64,000 nt of DNA from a virus (IMGVR_UViG_3300032328_000860:159438-223437), one strand, 5' to 3'. Positions 48,684-59,007 are shown, counted from the first letter of the stretch. The notes: generated from the letters alone by a model not told the origin. Numbers and translations are program-made.

Positions 48684-49435
48684 TTAATTTAATTTATTTT
48701 ACTATTGGTAATAATTTTCAATATATTAACTTATTGGAACTATGTATAAAAAGTTTACATAAGCAAAATTATATTGGAGATATTTTATTGATTACTAATA
48801 ATATATACAAAAACATCATACAACAACATATTTCTTGGCCTATTGAAAAAACTCATTTTTTGATTTTAGATGAGCAGACAAACCTGATTACATCCGCAGG
48901 TAATAAGCTGAAAATATACCAGTTTGAACTTATTAATAAATATACTAATATTCTATATTGTGATGTTGATGTTTTGTGGACAAATACTCCCAACAATATT
49001 TTTGATTTGATTGTTGATAATAAAATTTATATTAGTAATGACGATAAAAATCATAATATGAGTCATAGATACTGGGGAGGAGAAATATTAAATGATCAGG
49101 AAAAAACTTTTATTGAAAACAATAGAATTATCGGATTAAATACCGGCTTATTTGCTTTTAGTATATCTATGATTAATGATATATTTAATATAGATCAATT
49201 TTTTACAACAAACATTAACTTAGTAAATGAGTGTTTGGAACAACCATTTATTAATGCATATCTGTATCGAAACAGATTATATGATCTCATATCAGATGAG
49301 CTTGTGTCTCACAATGGATACCATTATAATGATAAGTTCGACGGCACTGTTTTGCATTTTGCCGGTGGTCCTGGAAACTATGATTATAAATTAGAAAAAA
49401 TGCTAAACTATTACAAAAAATACCTACTACAGTAA
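48680..49435 (+). CDS. GT-A nucleotide-diphospho-sugar transferase (GT8/GT77-like)
   Basis: YCDVDV; NTG.F; EQPF.N; HFAGG. Confidence 0.7.
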   Translation: MINLIYFTIGNNFQYINLLELCIKSLHKQNYIGDILLITNNIYKNIIQQHISWPIEKTHFLILDEQTNLITSAGNKLKIYQFELINKYTNILYCDVDVLWTNTPNNIFDLIVDNKIYISNDDKNHNMSHRYWGGEILNDQEKTFIENNRIIGLNTGLFAFSISMINDIFNIDQFFTTNINLVNECLEQPFINAYLYRNRLYDLISDELVSHNGYHYNDKFDGTVLHFAGGPGNYDYKLEKMLNYYKKYLLQ

Positions 49436-49481
49436 TAGAATCACATATTCAAATATTTACTGCGTGATATTAATACTTTTT

Positions 49482-50216
49482 ATGATAAACTATAAATGTT
49501 CTTTATTTTGTTCTTTATATAAAGGACAAAAATTTCTTAATGGTTACGTCGAAGATATGTTGAAACAATCTATGTTTTCAGATATAGAGTTTATATTTTT
49601 GGATTGCGCATCATCTGAGAATGAAAGAGCTGTTATAGAACCACTAACTCAACAATATAAAAACATTAAATATTATAGATTAGAATCAGATCCTGGATTA
49701 TATCCGGCATGGAATATAGCTGTTCAGAAATGTTCCGCCCCAATAATAGGCAATTGGAATGTAGATGACAGAAAAAATGTTCATAGCACAGAAATTTTAT
49801 ATAAAGCCTTTGAAAGAGATTCATCATTGGATTTAGTGTACGGCTTAACATATGTATCTACAATACCTAATGAGACATACGAAAACAACAGTTACGAAAA
49901 TATCTATCCATGCTTACCTTATTCATTAAAAAATCTTCTAATTAATAACAGTCCACATTGTATGCCTATGTGGAAAAAGAATATACACGATAGGTTTGGA
50001 TACTTTGACGAATCTTACAAAACAGCTTCCGATGGAGATTTATGGTTGCGTTGTGCTGTCGGAGGCGCTAGAATACAGATGATCAACCATCCTGTTGGGC
50101 TGTACTACCACAACCCGACAGGTAGATCAACTGACCCTAATCATCTATTAGAAATGGTTGCAGAGGTTCAACAAATGAGACAAAAATACTTGAAGTATCT
50201 AGATGGAGATAATTAA
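49482..50216 (+). CDS. GT2-family glycosyltransferase
   Basis: GLY.AWN; WNVDD; GYFDE.Y..A.D.DLWLR. Confidence 0.8.
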   Translation: MINYKCSLFCSLYKGQKFLNGYVEDMLKQSMFSDIEFIFLDCASSENERAVIEPLTQQYKNIKYYRLESDPGLYPAWNIAVQKCSAPIIGNWNVDDRKNVHSTEILYKAFERDSSLDLVYGLTYVSTIPNETYENNSYENIYPCLPYSLKNLLINNSPHCMPMWKKNIHDRFGYFDESYKTASDGDLWLRCAVGGARIQMINHPVGLYYHNPTGRSTDPNHLLEMVAEVQQMRQKYLKYLDGDN

Positions 50217-50377
50217 TGTCGTCACTTGGAATATTCCTAGCCATATCTTTAATGTTTGGTATCCTTCACGGTTTGATTAGTATTATTCCGTCCAACATAG
50301 AAAGAAATTATTCTTCTAAAAATCTTTTTTCTTTCTTATTTTATGAGAAATACTAACTTTAAATTCTAAACAAACAA

Positions 50378-50908
50378 ATGAATAGACTTAAAAACCAAAG
50401 AGTATATCTTGCTGGTGCTATGGACAGAGTGGCCGATAGAGGCGCTACATGGAGAGATAATATAACTCCATTCTTAGAAGGTTTAGGAGTAAAAGTTTTT
50501 AATCCTATCAGCAAACCAACAGATATTGGTATGGAAGATCAAGATAGTCATGTTATTAAGGCTAAACTTAAAAAACAACATAGATATGATGAATTATCTC
50601 ATATGATGAAAACTATTAGAGCTGTAGATTTAAGACTTGTTGATATTAGCGATTTTTTAATTGTAAATTTAGATCTACAAGTTCATCCATGTGGCACATA
50701 CGAAGAAATTTTCGATGCTAATAGATCTAAAAAACCAATACTAATCCATATTGAACAAGGGAAAGAAGCGAGTCCAGACTGGCTATTTGGAGCAATTCCT
50801 CATGAAATGTTCTTTTCAAATTGGGATGATATTAAAAAATACTTAATTCATATTAATGAAGACGAAAATATTACTACCTATAATAGGTGGAGATTTTTTA
50901 ATCTCTAG
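50378..50908 (+). CDS. nucleoside 2-deoxyribosyltransferase-like protein
   Basis: VYLAGAM; WR; FNP; DL....SD; GT.EE; KP. Confidence 0.75.
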   Translation: MNRLKNQRVYLAGAMDRVADRGATWRDNITPFLEGLGVKVFNPISKPTDIGMEDQDSHVIKAKLKKQHRYDELSHMMKTIRAVDLRLVDISDFLIVNLDLQVHPCGTYEEIFDANRSKKPILIHIEQGKEASPDWLFGAIPHEMFFSNWDDIKKYLIHINEDENITTYNRWRFFNL

Positions 50909-50923
50909 TAATATAACAATTAC

Positions 50924-51127
50924 ATGCCAAAATATTATGTAAAATCTGGTCAAATTAAATATATCATTGATTGTCATGATGAGATATCTGCTATTCTAGC
51001 TGCCTTAACCCATTACAAAGGCAGAGGACTCATAACAGGACCAAAAATTTGTACAAGCGAAACAGGTTTTGATGACCATACAAAATGGAAATGTTTTGAC
51101 ACAGACGAATTTTTAAAGAAAACTTAA
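50924..51127 (+). CDS. hypothetical protein
   Basis: operonic ORF. Confidence 0.55.
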   Translation: MPKYYVKSGQIKYIIDCHDEISAILAALTHYKGRGLITGPKICTSETGFDDHTKWKCFDTDEFLKKT

Positions 51128-51134
51128 GAAACTT

Positions 51135-52283
51135 ATGCAAAAAATAATTAACAACATAACATTGGATTTTAATGATGTTCTTATTATACCTCAAAGATCA
51201 ACTCTGTCTAGCCGATCAGAAATTGTAACAGAAAGAACATTCAAATTTTATCATTCTCCTAGAATTTGGACCGGTGTTCCTATTATGTGTGCTAATATGA
51301 GTTTTGCTTCATTTAGCATGGCGATAGAATTATCTAAGCATAAAATCATTACATGTCTACATAAATATCATACAATAGAACAACTTAATGATTATTTTAG
51401 CAAATATTCTCAGAATATAGATTATACTTTTGTTTCTATTGGATATAAAAAAAGCGACCTAAATCATTTATTAGAATTTAAAGAACAGACAGGCATACAA
51501 CCTAATATCTGCATAGATGTTCCCAATGGACATATGGATGTATTTGTCAAGTATTGTAAAAAAGTTAGAGATCACTTTCCAGAATCCATAATAGTAGCTG
51601 GCAACGTCACAAATACTTCATCTGCACAAGAACTACTAATTTATGGTGGTGTAGATATTGTAAAATGCGGAATAGGAGGAGGTTCAGCATGTACAACACG
51701 TTTTTTAACAGGCTGTGGCTTGCCTCAGTTGACCTGTTGTTTAGATAATGCTTATGTAGCCCATGGTCTTCAAAATGGACCCAAGAAACTGGGACTGATC
51801 TGCTCAGATGGTGGACATAAAACCGTAGGAGATGTATGCAAAGCATTATGTGCTGGCGCTGATTTTGTAATGTTGGGTGGATATTTTGCTGGAACAGAAG
51901 AGTGTGAAGGCGAATGGTCTCATGAGTATAGATGCTCTATTCTTAATGACGATGGATCCATACGCAGTGAGTGGTGGCAATCCTATGACCCAGGTTATGT
52001 AACAGAAAAAAGAAAAAAGAATTTTACTTATTATGGAATGAGCACACATCATTCTCAAGAAATTTATGAAGATAATGTGAAACAGTATAGAGCTAGCGAG
52101 GGGACAAAAATCACTGTTAACCATAAAGGCACTATAGATAAAGTAGTACAAGAATTGTTAGGGGGAATAAGATCATGCTGCTGTTATATCGGAGCTTCTC
52201 ATATTAAACATATGGCTAAATGTGGTCAGTTTTGTAAAGTGAGCAGTATACACTCTAATAAGAATCCTACATTTGGGCTATAA
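51135..52283 (+). CDS. guaC: GMP reductase
   Basis: LDF.DVLI.P.RS.L.SRS; IDVPNGH; AGNV; GIGGGSACTT; SDGG; GADFVMLG; YGMS; YRASEG. Confidence 0.9.
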   Translation: MQKIINNITLDFNDVLIIPQRSTLSSRSEIVTERTFKFYHSPRIWTGVPIMCANMSFASFSMAIELSKHKIITCLHKYHTIEQLNDYFSKYSQNIDYTFVSIGYKKSDLNHLLEFKEQTGIQPNICIDVPNGHMDVFVKYCKKVRDHFPESIIVAGNVTNTSSAQELLIYGGVDIVKCGIGGGSACTTRFLTGCGLPQLTCCLDNAYVAHGLQNGPKKLGLICSDGGHKTVGDVCKALCAGADFVMLGGYFAGTEECEGEWSHEYRCSILNDDGSIRSEWWQSYDPGYVTEKRKKNFTYYGMSTHHSQEIYEDNVKQYRASEGTKITVNHKGTIDKVVQELLGGIRSCCCYIGASHIKHMAKCGQFCKVSSIHSNKNPTFGL

Positions 52284-52285
52284 AT

Positions 52286-53353
52286 ATGAATATAAATTTT
52301 TCCGCACCAATAAATAATACTGGATATGGTATAGCCTCGTTTAATATTCTTAAAGCATTAGCTAAAATACAGTCCGTAGAAATATCATTCTTTCCTATAG
52401 GAGGCCCAACAGTTTCCTGTAAAGAAGACTATGATTTTTTATCTAGACTTATACAAAATAGGCAAAAGTGTGATATAAACGCTGCTTATATAAAAATATG
52501 GCATCAATTCGATTTACTAGAACATATAGGCAGAGGAAAATACTATGCCATGCCATTTTTTGAATTGGATACATTATCTGCTCTTGAAAAAAATAGTCTT
52601 TCTGTTCCAGATCATATATTTGTTACGACTAAATGGGCTAAAGAAATACTGATAAATAATAATTGTAATAGTACTATAGATATTGTTCCACTAGGAGTGG
52701 ATAGAAATATTTTCAGTTGCGATAACTATACTTCTTCTAAAGATTCTTCTAAATATATTTTCCTAAATATAGGCAAATGGGAAATTCGCAAAGGTCATGA
52801 TATTTTATTAGAATTATTCGAAAAAGCTTTTCCCACAGAAACAGATGTAGAATTACATATTCTAGCATCTGAAAGCACCAACTCATACTCATCTGCTGAT
52901 GAACTTAAATCATGGAAAACTTTATATAATAGACCTAGAGTTAAATTATATAGTGGAGTCAATACTCATACTGATGTGGCTCAGATTATAGCTAATTCTG
53001 ATTGTGGATTATATCCGTCCCGTGCGGAAGGTTGGAATATGGAGTTATTGGAAACAATGTCTATGAATAAACCAGTTATTGCTACTAATTATTCCTCACA
53101 CACAGAATTTTGTAATTCTAAGAATTCGTTTTTAGTTGATATTACAGATAAGGAAAAGGCTGTAGATGGTAAGGCTTTTCTTGGACAAGGTAATTGGGCT
53201 AAAATTGGTCAAGCTCAAAAAGACCAAATTATTGATTATATGAGATATTGTTACCAAAATAGATTATGTACTAATCCAGATGGTATAAATACGGCTAACC
53301 AGTATTCTTGGATTAATTCTGCAAATACTATGTATGGGTGTATACAAAATTAA
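52286..53353 (+). CDS. GT4-family glycosyltransferase
   Basis: TGYG; GKWE.RKG; PSRAEGW....LE.M....PVIAT. Confidence 0.85.
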   Translation: MNINFSAPINNTGYGIASFNILKALAKIQSVEISFFPIGGPTVSCKEDYDFLSRLIQNRQKCDINAAYIKIWHQFDLLEHIGRGKYYAMPFFELDTLSALEKNSLSVPDHIFVTTKWAKEILINNNCNSTIDIVPLGVDRNIFSCDNYTSSKDSSKYIFLNIGKWEIRKGHDILLELFEKAFPTETDVELHILASESTNSYSSADELKSWKTLYNRPRVKLYSGVNTHTDVAQIIANSDCGLYPSRAEGWNMELLETMSMNKPVIATNYSSHTEFCNSKNSFLVDITDKEKAVDGKAFLGQGNWAKIGQAQKDQIIDYMRYCYQNRLCTNPDGINTANQYSWINSANTMYGCIQN

Positions 53354-53368
53354 TCAGGAGAAATATTT

Positions 53369-53926
53369 ATGCCAATTCCAAAACCAGAGAAAAACGAAGA
53401 TCGTCAAAAATTTGTTTCCCGCTGTATGGGAGACGATGTTATGAAGAAAGATTATCCCGATAGCAAACAAAGAGTTGCTGTTTGTCTTGGTCAAACAAAA
53501 AAAACAAAAGGATCAATATTTAATCAATTCCTGGAAACCCTAGGATTTTTAATAGCTTTTGATTGTGAAGAATGTGGGTATACAGAGGAACTTACATCGT
53601 CTAATCTATTTATTCCTAATAATGAAGACTATATAGATACTGATGAAGAAACGGAAGAATATGATATTTCACATATTATAGCATCAGAATATCAAGGGAG
53701 AAAAGTCACTTTAAATAAACCATTCAGGACTCCAGATGGACCAAAAAAATCTGCCGTCTATGTTAAAAATGACAAAGGAAAAGTTGTAATTGTGCGATTT
53801 GGTGATAAAAATATGAAAATTAAAAAAAATATCCCAGAACGCCGAAAAAGCTTTAGGGCAAGACATAACTGTGATAACCCAGGACCCAAGTGGAAAGCAA
53901 GATACTGGTCTTGCAAGGCATGGTGA
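53369..53926 (+). CDS. phage protein with DUF6321-like C-terminal domain
   Basis: GRKVTLNKP; V.FGD; RRKSFRARH.C; ARYWSC..W; GGTGTA motif at 53337. Confidence 0.65.
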   Translation: MPIPKPEKNEDRQKFVSRCMGDDVMKKDYPDSKQRVAVCLGQTKKTKGSIFNQFLETLGFLIAFDCEECGYTEELTSSNLFIPNNEDYIDTDEETEEYDISHIIASEYQGRKVTLNKPFRTPDGPKKSAVYVKNDKGKVVIVRFGDKNMKIKKNIPERRKSFRARHNCDNPGPKWKARYWSCKAW

Positions 53927-53931
53927 ATAAA

Positions 53932-54498
53932 ATGATTAAACCAATTTCGGAATTACTAGAAGTACAAAAAGGAACTTTAGATCAAATGAATACTGAGCCA
54001 GAAGAAAAGTCTGAAGCACAAACTGTAGAAGGTTATTCAACTCAAAGTGTTATAGAACTACTAAAGCAATCTTTGAATATTCATTGGCAACAAACTACAG
54101 TATTGTCTGCTCAAGCTGTTCATCTGGAAAGATGGGGCTATAAGAAATTAGCAGAAGTTATCAAAGCAGATGCTCAAGAAGAGCATAGGCATGCAATGAT
54201 TAATTTAGCTAGACTAGAGTTCTTTGATATTGATTATCAGCCACTAGTTGTAAGTCCTCCTGTTTGGGGTCGTCATGATATGATGGCTATGATTAAATAT
54301 AATCTCGCTTCTGTTAGAGAAGCGGCCGCTGCAGAGAGAGCCACTATTACAGCCGCTAGAGTCGCAGGAGACGAACTCACAGCCAATGTTATGATACCTC
54401 TACTGCAAGGCAGCGAGGACGGTATTGTTTTGTATGAGGGCTACCTCAAACTTATCGAAGAAATGGGCCTAGACAACTTTTTAAGCATACAGGTGTAA
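53932..54498 (+). CDS. ferritin/bacterioferritin-like protein
   Basis: H....GY.KLA......EE.RHA....R; GD..T; L....G.DNFL; several ferroxidase ligands altered. Confidence 0.7.
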   Translation: MIKPISELLEVQKGTLDQMNTEPEEKSEAQTVEGYSTQSVIELLKQSLNIHWQQTTVLSAQAVHLERWGYKKLAEVIKADAQEEHRHAMINLARLEFFDIDYQPLVVSPPVWGRHDMMAMIKYNLASVREAAAAERATITAARVAGDELTANVMIPLLQGSEDGIVLYEGYLKLIEEMGLDNFLSIQV

Positions 54499-54500
54499 CA

Positions 54501-55103
54501 ATGAGTAGATTTTATGACCTTTTGAACTCCATTAATAATAGTATAAAATCACGCATGGGCTGTGGCTCAGATTGTGATGAGTATGATGACTACGAAGACC
54601 TAATGGAAGAGGCTAAGCAAGATCTGGAAGATCAACTAGAATTAGAAACGATAAAAAGAAAACTTAGAGAACTTAGACGCAGCAAAGCAGATGATGGTGA
54701 TTTTATGGATGTAGAAGAAATGGAAGTCGAGACCATAGAACAGGAAATGAACGAATACAAAAAGGACTTCTATGATATGAGCGTGGGTTCTTTAAGGGCC
54801 ATAATGACACATTCTCAAAATATTTTAAATGCTTTGAGCAACCCATCTGTTGCAGAAAACTTGACAGAAAGCTGGTTACAGGGTAAAATCGCCATAACTG
54901 AGGACTACATGAGAACGATTCACGATTTTGTCATGTATGTCTCGGACGCTGCCGATACTTCTGCTAAGAGCAAGCCGGGCTTATGGGACAATATCCGAAA
55001 GAAAAAAGAAAGACAAGGCAAAAACTATAAGCCTGCAAAACCCGGAGATAAGGATAGACCAGATTCTGAACAATGGAATAAGTTAACAAAAAAAGATAAG
55101 TAG
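54501..55103 (+). CDS. acidic phage protein (possibly head-associated)
   Basis: W.Q.KI....DY; PGLWDNIR.KK.R. Confidence 0.55.
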   Translation: MSRFYDLLNSINNSIKSRMGCGSDCDEYDDYEDLMEEAKQDLEDQLELETIKRKLRELRRSKADDGDFMDVEEMEVETIEQEMNEYKKDFYDMSVGSLRAIMTHSQNILNALSNPSVAENLTESWLQGKIAITEDYMRTIHDFVMYVSDAADTSAKSKPGLWDNIRKKKERQGKNYKPAKPGDKDRPDSEQWNKLTKKDK

Positions 55104-55155
55104 TGTTTGGTTTAGATATTATTTAGGACTTCAAATTAAAGGACACAGGATTCTT

Positions 55156-55752
55156 ATGAATAGAGATTATGATAGTTTGGATATATATATTAATTTAGCA
55201 AAAAAAACAATAGTAAAATTTTGCCCAAGATTCTATAACGGTTTGTCGGCAGAGATGCTAAAAAACAACGATGCGGTTTCTGATGTTGCCACCGCTATTA
55301 TGTATGCTGATTGGAGATTTGATCCAGAGCGAAAAGGCAAAGAAGGTGGACAGAAAACCCTTTATTCGTATAGGAATCAGTGTGCTATATGGGCTATTAA
55401 AACTTATGTTACCAATAAATACAAAAAACAAAAAAATGATATTAGTTTAGATTTTGACGACAAAGAATCTAAGACTGCTATGTATTCTAATATTAAGGAT
55501 AAAAAGGCTCTGGATCCTTTAGATATTTTAATAGACAAAGAAAATCAAGACGATCTATCTAAAACCATTGATATGTTGCTTAACAATAGTTCGTTATCCG
55601 ATAAGCAAAAAGAACAAATTCGTATGTATTATTTAGAAAATCATACTCTATCAGAAATAGGTAAAAAATTTGGCGTCTCTAGAGAAGCCGTTAGACAAAA
55701 TATTAAAAGGGCACTAGAAATAATTAGGTCATATGATGTTTGTGTATCTTAA
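55156..55752 (+). CDS. phage sigma-70-family sigma factor (candidate late sigma)
   Basis: region 2-like RFDP....SY....WAI; region 4 LS......Y....TL.EIG..FGVSRE.VRQ...AL. Confidence 0.85.
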   Translation: MNRDYDSLDIYINLAKKTIVKFCPRFYNGLSAEMLKNNDAVSDVATAIMYADWRFDPERKGKEGGQKTLYSYRNQCAIWAIKTYVTNKYKKQKNDISLDFDDKESKTAMYSNIKDKKALDPLDILIDKENQDDLSKTIDMLLNNSSLSDKQKEQIRMYYLENHTLSEIGKKFGVSREAVRQNIKRALEIIRSYDVCVS

Positions 55753-56089
55753 GCCTATAGTTTTGGTGTTTTCCGCAGAACATGGAAAACACAAGATACT
55801 ATCTATGTCTGATAGCTTGCTAGATCTTCCTAGTAGTCAATTAGAAGAGAATAGCATAATACAAGAGCATCTTAATTTAATCTTACAAAGATCATTATCA
55901 AACAATGAGCCTGCTCTCAACAAGGCCAAACTTGTAGATATTGAGGTTGTTGGTAACAATTTATATATCTATTATATAGTATTCGTAAACTATGAAACGT
56001 CAGTTAAATATGGGCACTTACTATCGGTGGACTTAAATAATGTCAATCTTTTACCAGGCATTAAAACAATTTTATCATTACTTCTCTAA
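55733..56089 (+). CDS. hypothetical protein
   Basis: operonic ORF. Confidence 0.55.
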   Translation: MMFVYLKPIVLVFSAEHGKHKILSMSDSLLDLPSSQLEENSIIQEHLNLILQRSLSNNEPALNKAKLVDIEVVGNNLYIYYIVFVNYETSVKYGHLLSVDLNNVNLLPGIKTILSLLL

Positions 56090-56468
56090 GAAGTCGATAC
56101 CTAATTCAGAGCCTGTGCTGTTGTCTAAGTCTACTAGTCTTTCCTTGTGTGCTGATCTGCTAGATAATGCTGATGTTGATATAAAATTAATTAAGCCTAA
56201 TTTAATTAATGTTAATGATCAAATTATTATAGATTTAGCAGAACAGTATGCTGGTTTTTTGTTGTATACCAGCACAAGACTGTTTAAGGAAAAGCTAATA
56301 AGCAGTATAAAAAAAGAATATAAAAATAGTTCTAACTTTAATGATAAGTTATTTTATGATAACGTATTGGCATTTTATAATATTCTTGAATCAGAAATAG
56401 ATAAACTTTCTGGTCAATCCAAGCCCTTAATAAGGCCAACATCTGTTTTTAACACTCCAAACCATTGA
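56040..56468 (+). CDS. hypothetical protein
   Basis: operonic ORF. Confidence 0.55.
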   Translation: MSIFYQALKQFYHYFSKKSIPNSEPVLLSKSTSLSLCADLLDNADVDIKLIKPNLINVNDQIIIDLAEQYAGFLLYTSTRLFKEKLISSIKKEYKNSSNFNDKLFYDNVLAFYNILESEIDKLSGQSKPLIRPTSVFNTPNH

Positions 56469-56532
56469 TTTTGTAGTGAGATCTTTTACTATAAGAGGTC
56501 TTTCTTTTCCAACAAGGTATTAGTATATCATT

Positions 56533-56973
56533 ATGACCAATAAAAATAATACCTATTTAATTACTTGGCAAAAATGGGTGGATCCATTTGGTAGAGATGA
56601 TCAAGAAGAGCATGAATATGATCCGTATATTGGTGATTACGATGATATTGATATGGATAAAAATATTGATGAGGAGCATGAAAAGACCGGTTCTATATTA
56701 AAGTCTGAAATTAGAGTAATTGCAACACCAATGGGTATTATTCCTATTAATGATAATACTATTAGTAGTAAAATTTTTAATTTTTGGGTTGGCCATACTA
56801 ATTTTGATATATCAAAAAGGGTTGTAGATATTATTGAGCAAACAGACGGTGTTGAAACTTTGGATATTTTTACTAGATATCGTTTTCGTATATCTGTTGG
56901 AAAAGTTTTTGATGATTCATCTGTTATGAGAGAAATTAATTCCAGAGTTTATGGACTACTAAATAATGACTAA
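56533..56973 (+). CDS. conserved hypothetical protein
   Basis: TP.GI; FNFW.GHTNF; GVE.L...TRYRF. Confidence 0.65.
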   Translation: MTNKNNTYLITWQKWVDPFGRDDQEEHEYDPYIGDYDDIDMDKNIDEEHEKTGSILKSEIRVIATPMGIIPINDNTISSKIFNFWVGHTNFDISKRVVDIIEQTDGVETLDIFTRYRFRISVGKVFDDSSVMREINSRVYGLLNND

Positions 56974-57640
56974 TAAAATACATACAAATATTAATGATTC
57001 TGAATTACATTCTATTCATTCTTATGGATTAGATTTACAATATAGAGAAATATTTCTACATTCTTATATGAGTGATGCCGATACAGAACCTGGAGTTGAT
57101 TATCGTTCAGCGGTTATTTTCGAAAAAAATCTTAGATATCTAAATCAACTGTCTAATGATCCTATATTAATACATATGCATATGCCAGGAGGAGATTGGG
57201 AAGATTGTTTAGCTATATATGATACTATACGATTTTCTAAATCTAAAACCACTATTCTTGCTTATGGCAAGGTTCAGTCATCCAGTAGCATAATTTTTCA
57301 GGCGGCTAAAACTCGTATTTTAATGCCTAATGTAAATATTTTAATTCATTATGGGTCTATTAGTTTAGATAGCGAACACAGTAAGGCTGCCTCTAGTAAT
57401 GTTCAATGGAACGAAAGAGAATGTGAAAAAATGATAGACATATTCACAGATAGGTGTATGCAAAGTAATATGGCAAAAGATAAAAATTGGAAAAAAATGA
57501 TGGCCAAAAAACATATTCAATCTCAATTGGCTAATAAATATGATTGGATATTAACTGCTGAGGAGGCTGTAGCCTACGGCTTTGCTGATGGTATATTGGG
57601 CGAAAAAAAATATCCTAATATAGAGTCTCTTAAAAAATAA
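56966..57640 (+). CDS. clpP: ClpP-like protease subunit
   Basis: PGG; AIYD; G.VQS (Ser), ILIH (His), DW.LTAEEAV.YG..D (Asp). Confidence 0.85.
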   Translation: MTNKIHTNINDSELHSIHSYGLDLQYREIFLHSYMSDADTEPGVDYRSAVIFEKNLRYLNQLSNDPILIHMHMPGGDWEDCLAIYDTIRFSKSKTTILAYGKVQSSSSIIFQAAKTRILMPNVNILIHYGSISLDSEHSKAASSNVQWNERECEKMIDIFTDRCMQSNMAKDKNWKKMMAKKHIQSQLANKYDWILTAEEAVAYGFADGILGEKKYPNIESLKK

Positions 57641-58284
57641 TGAACATAGAATATGCTTGTTATGATATTGCTGCTAATGAAACAGAAATAACTAATACTC
57701 TCACTGGAGCGATTAAATTAAAACCCAGTGTTGTGTCTGTATTTCCACAATATATTAAAACAGCTAAATCTTTATGCGGAGACACTAAGATTAGTTGTCC
57801 TATCGATTTTCCATTAGGTGTTTTAGATACTAGAACACGGTTAATCGGTACAGAAACCGCAATAAAACAAGGTGCAGATATTATTGAATTAGTTTGCCCA
57901 GCACACTATTTGTGCAATAGAAAGTATGATAAATTTAGAGAAGATATAAAACAAATTTTAGCTGTTTGTATTGCTAATAAAATTGAATTAAGATATATAT
58001 TAGAATATAGGCAGTATTCTTATGAATTATTATATAAAATTGCTCAAATATTATTAGGCTTAGGTATTAATGCTATATACCCTTCTACAGGTTATTTATT
58101 AGATGATATTAACGATAATATATTAGCTTCAGCATTAATAAACAAAAAAGTGCCTAATATTAATATTATTTGCAATGGCAATCTATGGAATGAATCTCAA
58201 GTAAAAATGGTCAAAAACTCTCAAATTTATGGGTTTCGTGTTAATTCTATTAATGGACTAAATTTATTCTATAACCATAACTAA
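57640..58284 (+). CDS. DeoC aldolase-like protein lacking catalytic lysines
   Basis: DFPLG; GAD.IELV; ILE; YPSTG in place of KTSTG. Confidence 0.75.
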   Translation: MNIEYACYDIAANETEITNTLTGAIKLKPSVVSVFPQYIKTAKSLCGDTKISCPIDFPLGVLDTRTRLIGTETAIKQGADIIELVCPAHYLCNRKYDKFREDIKQILAVCIANKIELRYILEYRQYSYELLYKIAQILLGLGINAIYPSTGYLLDDINDNILASALINKKVPNINIICNGNLWNESQVKMVKNSQIYGFRVNSINGLNLFYNHN

Positions 58285-58362
58285 GATTTATGATTTATTT
58301 AGGTGTATATAATGTTACTGGTTTAAAATAGCCATCAATCTAAAGATAAACGGAGAGCATTT

Positions 58363-58890
58363 ATGTCAACAGTTCAACAAAATGGTTCGTCTGTAACGGT
58401 TTCTTCAACCAAAAATAAGGGTGGATCGGCTAAAAGAGCCGGGACCTTATCTACAGTACTTAGTAATATATCTATTGGAGTTAACAATGTCGGCGTTTTT
58501 GCTTCTACAGTAGTAGACGGCACAGCCACAGACCCTGCCATAGTCGGAGGCGTCTTTGCTTATAACAATAAAAAACCGATTGCCCGCAGAGTTACTACAT
58601 CATTAGCCAATGTTAATAATTTGGTACTACTAAGTGGTGCTGGTATTCCTTCCCAAGTGCGTAGTATAAATAAGAGAGAATCTTATGTTTCAGAAGGAAC
58701 ATCAACAGCTTTTAGAGCTGGGTATTTTAATTTGTACACTGGCAAGTATAGTCCTGCTCCAACATCTGTTGTAGAAACTCCTGGCACAGACAATGCTGCT
58801 AGCCCCACCAGGACCGCTCCAGGTAAGCTAGTATTTAGATCAGGTAGTCTTGTACCAACCAGTAAAAACTATTCAGCCAAAAATGGCTAA
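58363..58890 (+). CDS. putative virion protein
   Basis: GGTGTA at 58302, GGAG SD, S/T/G/A-rich, own terminator. Confidence 0.55.
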   Translation: MSTVQQNGSSVTVSSTKNKGGSAKRAGTLSTVLSNISIGVNNVGVFASTVVDGTATDPAIVGGVFAYNNKKPIARRVTTSLANVNNLVLLSGAGIPSQVRSINKRESYVSEGTSTAFRAGYFNLYTGKYSPAPTSVVETPGTDNAASPTRTAPGKLVFRSGSLVPTSKNYSAKNG

Positions 58891-58918
58891 ATAATATTTC
58901 TAATCTAATTAAAAAAAG

Positions 58919-58952
58919 AAGAACCGGATGTAATACTCTGGTTCTTTTTTTT
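58919..58952 (+). terminator. intrinsic terminator
   Basis: AAGAACCGGA/TCTGGTTCTT followed by T-tract. Confidence 0.8.
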
Positions 58953-59007
58953 ATTTGGTAGTGTATATATCTTTGATATTTAAAATTATTTTATTTAGGA
59001 GTTTATT

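Noticed and set aside
55733-56089. Nudix hydrolase
   Set aside because: Only vague resemblance; no Nudix box
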